A stretch of DNA of 63,732 nt, counting the filler, from Octopus bimaculoides (Eukaryota), in assembly GCF_001194135.2 (NCBI RefSeq). It is 4 parts of 4 records of this genome, joined end to end, with 100 filler letters (N's around TTAATTAATTAA, not from the genome) between each part and the next. Parts side by side here need not be neighbours in the genome. Positions count along the whole stretch, not along the records: positions 1 to 25,424 come from NC_068990.1; 3 more parts are not named here. One strand, written 5' to 3'. Shown here piece by piece: positions 12,620-25,524 of the stretch (its first letter is position 1; every line of letters starts with the position of its first letter). A program made the position numbers and the translations under genes. The notes below the pieces were generated by a model. That model ran no database searches. It had not been told where the DNA came from and saw nothing but the letters and a program-made list of their open reading frames with translations.

Positions 12620-12810
12620 TTAAATGGGGAAGAAGGGATGGAACAGTTGATTTACACTGACCCAGTACTTTACTTGTACTCATTCTGTTGAGCCCCAAAG
12701 GATGATGACCAAAATCAACCTTGACAGGATTTGAACTCAGAATATAACTAAATACCAAAAAGCATTTTTACCCATCTCTCTAATGATTCTGCCTCTCCAC
12801 TAACCACCTC
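12620..12810 (-). mobile_element. tRNA-derived SINE, decayed
   Basis: GGATTTGAACTCAGAAT and CCCCAAAGGATGA segments of the same SINE family. Confidence 0.65.
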
Positions 12811-13340
12811 TACAGATGCAATAAAATCAAAATATTCTAAGAATTTATAAAATACATTTTATTTTGTTTTGTTTTGCATCTATTTATTGTTGTTAAAGGT
12901 ATTTCTTTTGTGTTCTTTTAAATTTAGGGAAATAATTTTCTTTTATTTCATGGTTGTGTGTCCTTTCTAGTAATAGAACACTTGACATTGAACCTATTGT
13001 CAGCTCAGCAGACTGAGGCAAATAGAGTTATGTGCCTTTATGTAATAAGGTACAACACAAAGTATGTTAATATAGTTTGAAATCCTGATCATAGTAGTTT
13101 GTCTGTACAGGAATCAATTTACAATATCACACACATACATGTGAGTCATACACACATACATTCACATACACACACACTCACACTTTTACACAATCACACA
13201 CACACTCATTCACTCACTCACTTACTCACACACACACACACGTTAATATTTTACAGCCAGATTAGAGACAGTTGCAGTTATTGTTTCTTTTCTATTTCCA
13301 TTATTAGCAGATTTTTTATGAGTGCTTCAAGCACACATAC

Positions 13341-13385
<45 letters not shown>

Positions 13386-14227
13386 CAGTGATAGACATGA
13401 CAGCTTATGGTTTCAAATTCTCCAGAACATTGTTAAGATCAGCCAATCAAACCAACAGTTTACAAAAAACTAGGTTGGTTCTCAAAGTTGATTCTCAGAG
13501 CCAGTCTCAGAATTCTGCTGGTTTTTCTTACATGATTCTTTTTTTTCTTTGTTTCACTTTGTTTTCTGAGTTGTCTTGTTGCCATGCCAGCTGTACAAGT
13601 TTGCTAGCCATGTCTAGTAATTCCTTCAGCATCGTGCAGATCTCTACCGATTTTCAAAGTTCTTCTCTCCGTAGGATTTCATATAAATAGGTTGTGATTC
13701 TTCAGCTGCTTTTTTCTGTGATTTCTTGAAAGATTTTATCCCTTTTTTACTGGGGGGAAGACTTGACTGCTGCAGGTGAATCTGAAACAAGGAAAAAAAG
13801 TTGAAATCAATGGAAATGATGGCATTGTTCCTTACTGTTATTGTTGTTGTTATAGTGGTGGTGGTGGTGGTGTCAGTGATGGTGAAGCTGACCTAAGGGA
13901 GACAGATTAAATGTTACGTAATCTGTTTTAGTTCTTCCATAGTTCTTGAGTTCATATCAGGACAAAACCAACTTTAGCATTGTTCTTACAAAAAGTGATA
14001 AAATATGTACCTATGTGCTAAAGACATTCAGTTCACCAAAGTATATATCCACAGCTCCACCCCCAAATAAATATATATATATATATATATGAAATGTAGA
14101 TACATATGTAACTATCCATATACATATATATTGATAGTTGTGTGTGCATGTGTGTGTGTGTGTGTGTGCGTGTATCTGCTGTGGAATGGAGCTCTAAGAA
14201 TATAACCAATATTCTTGGCAGTACAGT

Positions 14228-15835
14228 CACCATCATTATCATTGTTTAACATCCGTTTTCCATGCTGGCATAGGTTGGACGGTTTGACTGAGGTCTGGAG
14301 AGCTAGCAGCTGCATCAGGCTCCAATCTGATCTGGCAATGTTTCTACAGCTGAACGCCCTTCCTAACACCAACCATCCAAGAGTGTAGTGGGTGCTTTTT
14401 ACGTGCCACCAGCACAGGAGTCAGTCAGAGGACACTGGCATTGACCACATTTGGATGATGTATTTTATGTGCCACTGGAATGGGAGCCAGTCAGGTGAAC
14501 CTGGCATCAACCATGTTCAGATGGTGCTATTTACATGCCACCAGCACGGGAGCCAGTCAGGCAGCACTGGCATCGACCATGTTCAGATGATGCATTTTAA
14601 GTGCCACCAGAACAAGAGCCAGTCAGGGGGCACAGGCCACAACTGCGATTTTGGTTTTACTTGACTCAACAGGTCTTCTCAAGCATATCATATCACCCTA
14701 TGCATCAAAGGTACTCTTAAATGGGCTGGACATGCAACACTGGCATCAGCCATGGCTGCAAGCTCACTTCAGTTGCCGAGTCGTCTCAATCACAGCATAT
14801 CTCCAAAGGTCTCGGTCTNNNNNNNNNNNNNNNNNNNNNNNNNNNNNNNNNNNNNNNNNNNNNNNNNNNNNNNNNNNNNNNNNNNNNNNNNNNNNNNNNN
14901 NNNNNNNNNNNNNNNNNNNNNNNNNNNNNNNNNNNNNNNNNNNNNNNNNNNNNNNNNNNNNNNNNNNNNNNNNNNNNNNNNNNNNNNNNNNNNNNNNNNN
15001 NNNNNNNNNNNNNNNNNNNNNNNNNNNNNNNNNNNNNNNNNNNNNNNNNNNNNNNNNNNNNNNNNNNNNNNNNNNNNNNNNNNNNNNNNNNNNNNNNNNN
15101 NNNNNNNNNNNNNNNNNNNNNNNNNNNNNNNNNNNNNNNNNNNNNNNNNNNNNNNNNNNNNNNNNNNNNNNNNNNNNNNNNNNNNNNNNNNNNNNNNNNN
15201 NNNNNNNNNNNNNNNNNNNNNNNNNNNNNNNNNNNNNNNNNNNNNNNNNNNNNNNNNNNNNNNNNNNNNNNNNNNNNNNNNNNNNNNNNNNNNNNNNNNN
15301 NNNNNNNNNNNNNNNNNNNNNNNNNNNNNNNNNNNNNNNNNNNNNNNNNNNNNNNNNNNNNNNNNNNNNNNNNNNNNNNNNNNNNNNNNNNNNNNNNNNN
15401 NNNNNNNNNNNNNNNNNNNNNNNNNNNNNNNNNNNNNNNNNNNNNNNNNNNNNNNNNNNNNNNNNNNNNNNNNNNNNNNAAGAGCCAGTCCAGGGGCACT
15501 GGCAACGATCTTACTTGGCTTGCCGGGTCTTCTCACGCACAGCACATTTCCAAAGGTCTCGGTCAGTAGTCATCGCCTCGGTGAGGCCCAATGTACGAAG
15601 GTCTTGCCTCACCACCTCAGCCCAGGTCTTCCTGGGCCTACCTCTTCCACGGGTTCCCTCAACTGTTAGGGTGTGGCACTTTTTCACGCAGCTATCCTCA
15701 TCCATTCTCACCACATGTCCATACCAGCGCAATCATGCTCCGTTGGATGTGTAATGTCAATGTGAATACCCGTCAGAGTGTAAGTATCTTGAGAGAAAAG
15801 CTGAACATTAGAAGCATCAGTTGTGGTGTGCAAGA
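14228..15835 (-). mobile_element. RTE-clade LINE 3' end(s) with 3' UTR; 5' ~100 bp inverted
   Basis: ORF 15511-15732 reads RWYGHVVRMDEDSCVKK...RGRGRPRKTWAEVVRQDL, an RTE C-terminus. The tail is GGAAAACGGATGTTAAACAATGAT. The ORF-end motif (GACCGAGACCTTTGGA) occurs on both sides of the gap. Confidence 0.85.
14391..14650. repeat. Four diverged ~66-bp tandem units inside the RTE 3' region
   Basis: Unit TGCCACCAGCACRGGAGCCAGTCAG...CTGGCATCRACCATGTTCAGAT, repeated four times. Confidence 0.8.
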
Positions 15836-15844
15836 TATATAACA

Positions 15845-18800
15845 TAAAAGTAAAAAAAGATTATGGAGGTGAAAATTTATCCGATAGAGTGTTTGTGGGG
15901 GAGGGGCTGACAATATGAGTGGCTGTGGAGGGATATAGGCCCTGATGCTTCAAGTCTGGAGAGAAGGGCCATGTCCACTCCAAGTGTACCAAAAAGAAAA
16001 ATGAGAATGAGGCCCCTCCCCAAAAAAGCTGTGAAGGAAACATCAGCAAATAGATCAGAAAGTGCAGCAGAAGGGAAGGAGGAGAGAACAACGGAAGAAA
16101 AGAACTAAACTACTGAGGAGATGGAGGTTTACAACGGTAACTCATAAACTGATTTCCCTCCTCAAACAAAAGAAAAACACTAAACACACAAAACCAAACT
16201 CCCCAGCCCAAGCCCACAGCAAGGCTATTTGCCAAACCCTTCCCCAAACTACAACTATAGAGTTCTGGGAAAAGAACACGCCATTAGCAAGAGTCACTAG
16301 AGCACACCATGACACACGAGTGTTTAGAGTAATGAAAGAAACACGGACGGATGTTAGATATGCAAAAATAAATGAGAAACTGCTTACGGATATGAAGATG
16401 AGGTATCCGGGAGACATAAGAGACATAACCGCCGAAGTGGCAGAGGGTAAACATATTATAAGGCCGTCTGCCACACCCAGGAAAAGCCCAGCGGTGACAC
16501 CTAATAAAGAAAAGGACGGGGAGGTAGGCGAATTTGTACAGCTCCTCCCCAAACTGAAAATGTGAGTTATCTCTTTCCTTTTATTTTTCAAAAATCATTA
16601 AGTTAGGGTGCATAAATGTGTGTGGACTAGGGTCGAAATGGAAACAATGTTGTCTCCTGGACGACCTCAGGACACATGATATACATGTAGCAGTTGCAAA
16701 TGAGTCCAAGATGAGTGGACCACAAGCGTTCTCTCCTCTTCTGAATGACTATGAGAAAATTGTTTCTCCAAGCTGACAAGGAGTGGGGTGGCGTGGTGGT
16801 CTTATTCAGGAAGAACTTGGACTTGCAGGTACCCAGAAGTAGGCTGGTCGTCCTGGATTTAACTCACAAAAGTAAACAGTCCTTCAGGTTGGTAGTTGTG
16901 TACGCTCCAAACGAGCATGGACAGTTGGGTTATTTTCAAGACCTGGAGCACTTTCTAGTGACGTCTAAAAGGGTAGTTCTGTTAGGAGACTTTAACATTG
17001 TACTCAATGCATGGGTGGATAGTGTTGGCTCAACTGATAGAAAAGGAAATCCTGGCCTCAAGGGTCAACTAGAAAGCTATAATCTAGTAGACCATTACAG
17101 ACTGGATGAGCTGTTCGTTCCACAGTGGACATGGAGCAATAATGACGCTCTCGCAGATCTTACATAGACAGGGTATTCATTAGAGATAGAGGTAAGGATA
17201 CTTTTAGTTGTCCACAATTTGATATAGTACCTTACACGGATCACAAATTTGTTAGATAAATGTCATAGACAGGGACCCGGGTACTGGAAGATAAACAAGT
17301 CTATTTTAACTTGTGCCCGAAATAAGGAGTTAGTACAGAAGGCACTATGTGTCGCCATCATTAATAATAGATGGTGGCATATCCTCAAGAGAGCCATTCG
17401 TTTAGAGTCTATTAGATTTAGCAATCAGCTAAGTTTAGATAGATCTAGAATTAGAGGGTGACTTAGTTAAGAACTTAGATGAGGCCTTGGAATCTGGCTC
17501 TGCATCTAGAATGCTGGCGGCGAGAAGTCTTGTACCATCACCTCAACACCAAACACAAAGGCTGCAGAGTTAGAGCTAAGCTACATGCAGTGGAGCGAGA
17601 CAGTATTAACGTTGCCAGATGGGCATGTCGTGTGGAAAGTCAGAGGGGTAAAAAAAAGCCTCTATAAAGTCTTCAACAGATGAACTGGGGTGCAAGATCT
17701 ATGGACAGGATGAGATGCAAAAGGCCTTTCCTCAGCATTTCACACAGTTATTCAGGCAAGGCAGTGCGCTAGAGCATGGGGAGTCCTTAAAGGGCTTCCT
17801 CGCCGGCAACTCTCAGCACGGAAGATGAGGTGCTGTGAAGGGCCGATTAGAACTATGGAAGTCAAAGAGGCATTGGCCGAGTGTGCCAGGTAGAGGTCGC
17901 TGGGGCTGGATGATGTGTCCTATGAGTTTTATTGTAGCATGCCGGACTTGTTCAGGGACCTGCTGGCCAGCGTCTATAAAAAACTGGCAACTGAATGGGA
18001 GAATTCCCAGCTCTGAGTCGGGGAGTGGTGAGGCTGATCCAGAATAACCCGAGCAAGGGGGATATTATAAGTAATTACAGGCCCATAATTCTACTCAATG
18101 TAAAGTTAAAGATTTTGGCTAAGGTGTTAGCTAAAAGGTTGATGCATGTCATGGAAAAAACTTGTAAGGAAGGCACAGACATGAACCATCCCAGGCAGGT
18201 CGATCCAGGACAATCTTCACCTTATCCGCTACACCTTAAACAGGTTGTGTAAATTAACTGGCAAAGGTGGGGCAAAAAGCGTTTGATAGGTAGACCATCA
18301 GTACCTGGCAGCGGTCCTCGAAGTGGCTGGGCTGGGCCCTGACTTCCATGGTTGGATCTCTGCCATGTATAGCAGCATCAAATCCACAGTCCAGATAAAC
18401 AGCTACCTGTCGGAGCCATTTTCAATCAAGCACTCAGTTCGTCAAGGGTGTCCCTGTCTCCACTTCTGTACATGTTGGCTTTTGAGCCATTATTGCGGAA
18501 GTTGGAGAATTGGGGGGGGCACCCCCAATGAAATCAGTTGCAGTAAGTCAGTCTCTGCTTACGTGGATGACGTCACCATCATTGTGTCCAATGAGCTCAG
18601 CTACCTTGTGTAGAGGAAGCTATCAGAGGATACAAGGCAGAGGCAGGGAAAAAGTTAACAAGGACAAGTCCATCGGCTTGCACCTCAGCACCTGGAGGAG
18701 CAAGTCGATATCCTCCAGTGTTGTGGGTCACTGGACAGATGGTCCTGTTAAGTTGCTTGGAGTTTGGTTTGGACCAGACTCCCAGACAGAGAAGAATTGG

Positions 18801-20122
18801 AGCGAGGTGGCAGACAGGGTGGAGACCCTAGTCTGGACCTAGTCTGGAAGGTCTCTGTCCTTGAAAGGAAGGGTGAAAGTGGTACAGGTACTTATTGCAT
18901 CTGTAATCACCTACCGCCTGACCGTTGTCCCTTGCCCCGACTCGTGGCTGAACAAGTTGGAGCGACTCCTCTTCTGCGTATTATGGAAGGGAGGAAAGCC
19001 ACATGTGAGGTGCTCTGTTTGCTGCTAGGAACTGCTAAAGGGTGGGTTAGGGATGCCCTGGTTGATGATACGCAGACATGCATTGAGGCTGAGGCATCTC
19101 TGGTGCTACCTGGTAGGTGATAAGGTGTGGAATCCGCTGGCAGAGGAATTCTTTCCACGACCAGCCTCTTTGGAGCAATTTAAACCTGGTTTCATTAAAA
19201 GATGTAATTTGACTGAATGGAAAAAGGAGTGTCGAAGGGCACTCATGCTGATCCACAAGACAAGCAAGGCCAGCAGTGGGAATACCACCTTGGTTTTGTA
19301 TAGATGGCTGGTAGAGTATAAAAATGATGATGTCCTAGGAGGGGCTCTGGGGTTCAATGAGAACCAACTTACCAGCCTGTTCAAAAAAACTTACAGGTCA
19401 GGGTATTTGGATAATAACCAAAAATCCCTGACCTGGCAGTGTTACAGGAATGCTTTACCTGTTCAAGATAAGTTATCCAGGCACGGAATGTTGATGCTAA
19501 CGACATGTCCAAGATGTAGGCTGGGTGACAAAACCATCCAGCACACTTTTGTACATTATCAGGAGCTGTCAGGCTTGATAATTTACATTGAACATGTGTT
19601 TTCGCATCTAGGAAGAGTTCAGCTATCAGCTGAGTCTATAATAAACATTGTACCACCAACTGGACTCTTGAAGGAAGGTGAGGCATGTTTTTTCCTGTAC
19701 AGTTGCGATGCTGAAAGAATGTGTGTGGAAGGCTAGGATGCAAGAATTTGTGACAGGGTCCTTCATTTCTGGCCCTGGTTTGTTCTAATACTTCAGATAT
19801 CATTACAGCAAGATAGGGCTGGAGAGAAGGACCCTGTCAAGAAGTGTGTTTGAGGAAAAATAGAAAGCTGTGTTAAGAAAGGTTGGTACAAGGGACCCAG
19901 CTTAATCGGCTTTGGAAAAAAGGAGGAAATAAGAGGAAGGAGATAGCCGCTGGACCTATGAGGCAACAGGGCATATCTCTTACTCATATAGAAAAAGACT
20001 ATTTATTTCATCATCAATATTTTTAAATAATAGGTATCATTCGAACACATCACAAGATTTTTTGTATGTATTGTTCTGTGCTATCCCATCTATGTATTGG
20101 TCTTTATGATCATAATAAAAAA
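15845..20122 (+). mobile_element. Tx1/L1-clade LINE, near full length, degraded (ORF1 C-terminal part, APE, RT, C-terminal domain, 3' UTR)
   Basis: APE motifs RLVVVYAPN, LLGDFNIV and TDHK. RT motifs NYRPIILLNVKLKILAKVLAKRL, SVRQGCP and YVDDVT (18560). C-terminal CPRC...HTFVH. AATAAA at 20114. Confidence 0.92.
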
Positions 20123-20145
20123 ATTCAGCTAGCAAGCCATGCTAC

Positions 20146-20188
20146 TCCAGACTGATGATGAGCAATGACTCTGAAACTAGTCTCTGGA
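20146..20188 (+). ncRNA. Type I hammerhead ribozyme-like motif with intact core and palindromic stem III
   Basis: TCCAGA CTGATGA T GAG CAATGA CTC T GAAAC TA GTC TCTGGA: 6-bp stem I, CUGAUGA, GAAA, ACUAGU palindrome and GUC triplet. Confidence 0.8.
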
Positions 20189-20344
20189 TGCTGGCTTTGC
20201 TGGGTGGAGGTGCTTGTCTCCACTTTGAAAACATAAGGACACAGGAAATGTGTCAAGTCCAACAGGAAACGGCATTTCCTAGGGCTAAATAACAGTAGCA
20301 TTCTTCCCTCACATTAAGTTGACAACATACAATCACTTTATCAT

Positions 20345-21690
20345 GCTGCTACAGCATAAATCTCTCAGAGAGATTTAGAAATCTATTATTGCTTACACTC
20401 TGCAATGTTTTCACACTGATATTACACATCCAGCAGATCATACTAACTTCATTTCTTTCAAGCCTACGCATGTCCTCAGTAGTCATGGCCCATGTTTCAC
20501 TGCCGTGTAGCATGACAGTTCACACACATGCATCATACAGTCTACCTTTCATCCTGAGCAAGAAGCCCTTAGTTGCCAGCAGAGATAGGAGCACCCTGAA
20601 CTTTGCCCAGGCTATTCTTATTCTAGCCCCTACACTCTCAGAGCAACCACCCCCACTACAGACTTGGTTGCCCAGGTAGTGAAAGCTATTAACTATTTCT
20701 AGTTTTACCCCTGGCATGTGATGGAATCTGTTTTCTGTACATCTTCAGTGTTTATTGCCCCTGTGCATCTGCCACACACAAAAACTATGTTCCCAGTTAA
20801 CCTTCCTTTGATATTGCTGCACATTTTATGTGTCCATAGCTTACACCAGGTACATCATATGGAGTTTCTACCCATGCCTCTTCTACAGATCGAGCAGGTC
20901 CATCTACCTGAAGGGGTTTGTGGTTTGTCTGCCTACTTATTAGGACTTTGGTTTTAGCTAGGTTAACTCTAAGGCCCTTCAATTCTAGACTTTGCTTCCA
21001 CACCCTAAACTTCGTCTCTAGTTCTGACAGTGACTCAGCTATTAGAGCAAGGTCATCAGCATAGAGGAGCTCCCAGGAGCAGCCTGTCTTGAATTCCTCT
21101 GTTATTGCCTGGAGGACTATGATAAATAGGAGGGGGCTGAGGACTGATTCTTGATGAACCCCTACTTCTACCCAGAATTCTTCGCTATACTCATTGCGAA
21201 CCCTCACCTTACTGACAGCATCCCTGTACAGGGCTTGTAAAGCTCTTACCANNNNNNNNNNNNNNNNNNNNNNNNNNNNNNNNNNNNNNNNNNNNNNNNN
21301 NNNNNNNNNNNNNNNNNNNNNNNNNNTATCCCCAGTTACTGCACTGACCACCAGATAAAGGATTGGGGGACCCTGTCAAAGGTTTTCTCCAAGTCAACAT
21401 AAGCCAAGTACAGACGTTTATCTTTTGGCTAGATATTTCTCCTGCAGTTGCCTTACCAGAAATATAGCATCAGTGGTGCTTCTTCCTGGCACAAAACCAA
21501 ACTGCATCTCATCTCAGCTATCAATAATTTGATACCTCTGTAGTTTTTTCTATCTAAAACATCACCTTTACTTTTGTAGCTGTTGACTATGGTGCTGCTA
21601 CACTAGTCATTGGGTATGACTCCTTCATGAACTACCTGATTTACAATGTGGGTGACAAGATCATAACCCACAGTGTGGATATCAAACTTA
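20345..21690 (-). mobile_element. RTE-clade LINE RT fragment, degraded
   Basis: NYRGIKLL, QFGFVPGRSTTDAIF, DLEKTFDRVP, GVHQESVLSPLLF, LLYADDLALIAES, VNLAKTK, FHYLG...ARIRIAWAKFR. Confidence 0.92.
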
Positions 21691-24174
21691 CAGCAGTTTT
21701 GGATTTAAGTTCTTTAAACTCCAGTTGCCAAATATTAAGAAGAAATAATTCAATTCTTTATAGAAAATGTATTTCACACTAGTTTGAGCTAATTTGCATA
21801 TAAATGTTAAGGATTTGAAAATTAATGAATAATAGTGTGATGTAGGTATATTAGTTATTAACAATCCTTCGTGCTCAAGATAATTCTTCAAGTTCAACAA
21901 GAAGGGAAAACAATAAAACATTTGTTAATTCAATATAAAGGTTAGGATGTTGTTTTCATAGAGACAGGGAGCTTCTAAATGAAAAAGTTAGATTCTGATC
22001 TCAGATAGTATATGCAGAAATTTGTGACACAGGAGAAAAGCAGACTCAAAAGGAGGACATATCTTTTAACTACTCATTTATTACTTTCTGGGTGATATCA
22101 TCTTTTGCATTGAAGTGCTAATCATAGTCCTGCAATGTAAAAAATCTGTAATGCTGTGAAAAGAGGATGGTAAGAGTAAGTGAGAGACAGAGTTGTATGA
22201 TAAACAATAAAGCTGAAGCTAAATGGAAAAATAAAGATTATCAATCAAGAATATTTTACACAAGAGAAAACAGATCAGAAGAGAAAACATGACTGAAGAC
22301 AACAGACAAGATCTCCAAGAAATTAACCACAGGACATTGCTCTTCATTGTCTGCTTTGGTATGGTTCTATGATTGGATGCCCTTCCTAATGTCAACTACT
22401 TCATGGAGTGTATAAGGTAGATTTTTCATGACACCAGCACTAGTGAGGTCACCAAGTAAATCACAAGACAAAGAAAAAAGATGGTAATGCTAGACCAGGT
22501 GACTGATTAAGTCTATCGGCCAAAGAAGCTATAGTTTGATTTCAAGTCAGAACCTGAACAGTGTAAAGTATCTGATTCAACCTTCTTATAGACCTGCCAA
22601 GTTATGGGTTAATAGTTCTTTTATCAACTCCTAAAAGGATGAATGGTAAAGTTGACCCCTGTGAGATTTGATGGAACAAATAGCACACAGCATTTTGTTC
22701 AATGCTCTACTGACTCTGCCAATGATATGATTTGAAGGAGATTTCTCAGCTATTTTTAGCAAGTAAAGTGACTGCATTGGGATTCTTTTTCAGACTTTGT
22801 TAGCATAGCACAAAGGAACTCCATCAGAAAAGGAAATTAAATGATGTTTAACAACAACCACAACAACAACTAACACCACCAAACAGAATCACTGTAACTT
22901 CTATATACCATTAGATTCAACCACTGTTGGCAATTATAAAAGACAACCACTTTTTTAATTCATTCCAAGACTGAAGTTAGCATAATTTCTATAACAAAGC
23001 ATTGATTGAGTGAGGAGAAAAATTTAGGATGCCAGAGGCTATTGTTGAGATTTTGAACCCCTTCTGCTATATTTAAGGGGATAAACACTCCTCAACAACA
23101 GCAACTAATTCATAGCATTTGTAACCTGAAGATCAACAGCTTAATTTCATTCATTTACTGCCAGACAGATGGCGCCAAAACATCATCTGGGGGTGGGGAA
23201 GTTATGTGCAGAGAAGGAGGGATGTAGGAGATGAATGAAATGGAAGTGGGTAAGGAAATAGAAAATGTTAAATTATCATTCAAATAAGAATTATTCAGTG
23301 ATTAATTCTAATTTAGTGTAAATATAAATTTAGATATTTAAAATAGATGAATTAAAAAGACAAGAAAATTTATAAACTGGAAACAATGTCATTTTTATTT
23401 GTAAAGAAAAAAAAATAATAAAGTTCTTCATTTCTTTAAACAAAAAATAAACAGTAGCAACATAAATAAAAATTAAANNNNNNNNNNTTTTTTTTATTTG
23501 TGTTTTTTTTTTTGTTTTGTTTTTTTGCAAATTCCGAAATTCTTTCTCAAGACCATCTAACCATTACTCTTCTCAGTTTTGTTGGTATTTCCTCTTTACT
23601 GACACCTCCTCTCCTCCTCCCACTCTACCAAACCTTCATTTGTAATTACCATTATTTATTTCTTGGTAGCTCTTATCTGATGTTTCCATGTTCAAACACT
23701 GCAAAACCAACATCAAGTATATTCTAAAAAACAACAACCAACATAATGGGTCCTCCTCACTCAAACTTGCAGTCATTCAGTAGATGCGACAACGGTTCTC
23801 CACCAACCATACCCCAGTTCAATTTACACTAAACAAACTACTTTTCAGATAAGACTTTGTTGTTTTTTCACATAAACTAATGTTAAATTATCTGTGTGTG
23901 TATGTGTGTGTGGATGATAGGTTTGTGAGTGTTTGTGAATGCCTGTGTATGTGTGTGTCTATCTGCTTGCATGCATATATGTGAGTGTATGTATATATAC
24001 ATGTATTCATGTCAGTGTGTGCTTGTGTATGTATAGATATATATATACATACATATATATATATATATNNNNNNNNNNNNNNNNNNNNNNNNNNNNNNNN
24101 NNNNNNNNNNNNNNNNNNNNNNNNNNNNNNNNNNNNNNNNNNNNNNNNNNNNNNNNNNNNNNNNNNNNTATATA

Positions 24175-25032
24175 TAGGGTACAATGGGCAAATTGTTGCC
24201 ATTTTGTATTTTTAATTTTGCGCATGTACATTGTTTTTGATTTTGTCAACTATACAGTATAGTGGGGTCAGTTGGGCATCATCTCTGAGAAAAACAGCAC
24301 ATGATGCAATTCACTCAGCCTGAAATTTGGAAATGACATGCTGTATTGCTTGGCATTCATGCCGGAAGCTCCAATATGAAGCACCGGAAGCTCCAATATG
24401 AACATGTACTAAGAGTGATAAAAATCAAATATCCAGTCAACATCATGGCATTTGGAGTGCTCACCAGTGATGGTAACATTATATCTCCATTCATCTTCCC
24501 ACATGGCCTCACTTTCAACAAGGAGGCCTCCATCAAGTGCCTGGAGGAGGCGGTGGTGCCCTGGGTCAAGAGGCTAGCTGCTGGAAGACCTTATGTCTGG
24601 CAACAGGACTCTGCACCATGCCACACAAACAGGAGAACCCAGTCATGGCTGTCAGACAAGTCTTGCAACCACATTACCCCTAACATCTGGCCACTTAACT
24701 CCCCAGACTGCAACCCCCTTGATTATAATGTATGGGGTGCAGTTGAGCAAGAGACCAATAAAACTCCTTGTAACACCAAAGATGAACTGAAAGCAAGGAT
24801 TATAGCAGCATTCACCAACTTGAACAAGGAGACTGTCCAGAAGAGTTGCAGGAGATCCCAAAGTCGTCTGGAGGCCGTGATTGAAGCCAATGGTGATTTT
24901 AGTGAATAAATTTACTCTTTAGTATTTCGAGATATTTTTATGTAATTTTGGTAAATATATCTGTTAGAATGAGATGTCAGTGTCAATTTCATTTTTACAT
25001 AATTTAGACAACAGTTTATTCACCGCATCCTG
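24175..25032 (+). mobile_element. Tc1/mariner DD37D (maT-like) transposon, internally deleted, with 26-bp imperfect TIRs and TA flanks
   Basis: ORF 24346-24909 has WQQDSAPCH...WPLNSPDCNPLDY, with 37 residues between the last two Asp. TIRs 24175-24200 and 25007-25032 differ only by transitions, and TA flanks both ends. Confidence 0.88.
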
Positions 25033-25054
25033 TATATATCATATATATACTATA

Positions 25055-25216
25055 GAAAGAAAAACAAAAGATGAAGACAGGTGGTGTAGACAACAAACAG
25101 ATATATTAGTTTAATGCTTGGGAAGTGAAAAAGTCTTTAATGTTTCGAGCCTATGCTCTTCCACAGAAAGGAACACAGAAAGAAACAAGGAGAGAAAATA
25201 AAGAATGTGTAGTGGC

Positions 25217-25247
<31 letters not shown>

Positions 25248-25424
25248 GAGAATATACAAAAAATAACAACAGACGAGGACAGGTGGTGTAAATAACAAAA
25301 GTATATATTAGTATGACGCTCGGGAATACGGAAAGTCTTTGACGTTTCAAGCTACGCTCTTCAACAGAAAGAATACGGAGACAAGGAGAAAAACACGGAG
25401 AAAAAAAATTGAATAGTGTTCAGT
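25055..25424 (-). mobile_element. Two tandem PLE pLTR-like units separated by (TA)n, each with a minimal hammerhead-like motif (25134-25171, 25336-25372)
   Basis: The better copy reads TCTTT CTGTTGA A GAG CGTAG CTT GAAACGTC AAAGA on the minus strand. Homologous to 53042-53218 and 56730-56900. Confidence 0.75.
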
Positions 25425-25524
25425 NNNNNNNNNNNNNNNNNNNNNNNNNNNNNNNNNNNNNNNNNNNNTTAATTAATTAANNNNNNNNNNNNNNNNNNNN
25501 NNNNNNNNNNNNNNNNNNNNNNNN

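Noticed and set aside
13322-13690. 122-aa plus-strand ORF
   Set aside because: It starts in a (CA)n tract and has no recognisable motif; the splice signal is on the opposite strand.
14391-14650. Regularly spaced repeats resembling a CRISPR array
   Set aside because: Whole units are homologous with no unique spacers, the context is eukaryotic, and the array lies inside an RTE 3' region.
25469-25480. TTAATTAATTAA island inside N gaps (also 55598-55609 and 62585-62596)
   Set aside because: An identical 12-mer embedded in Ns three times, with stops in all six frames, is most likely a scaffolding spacer rather than biology.
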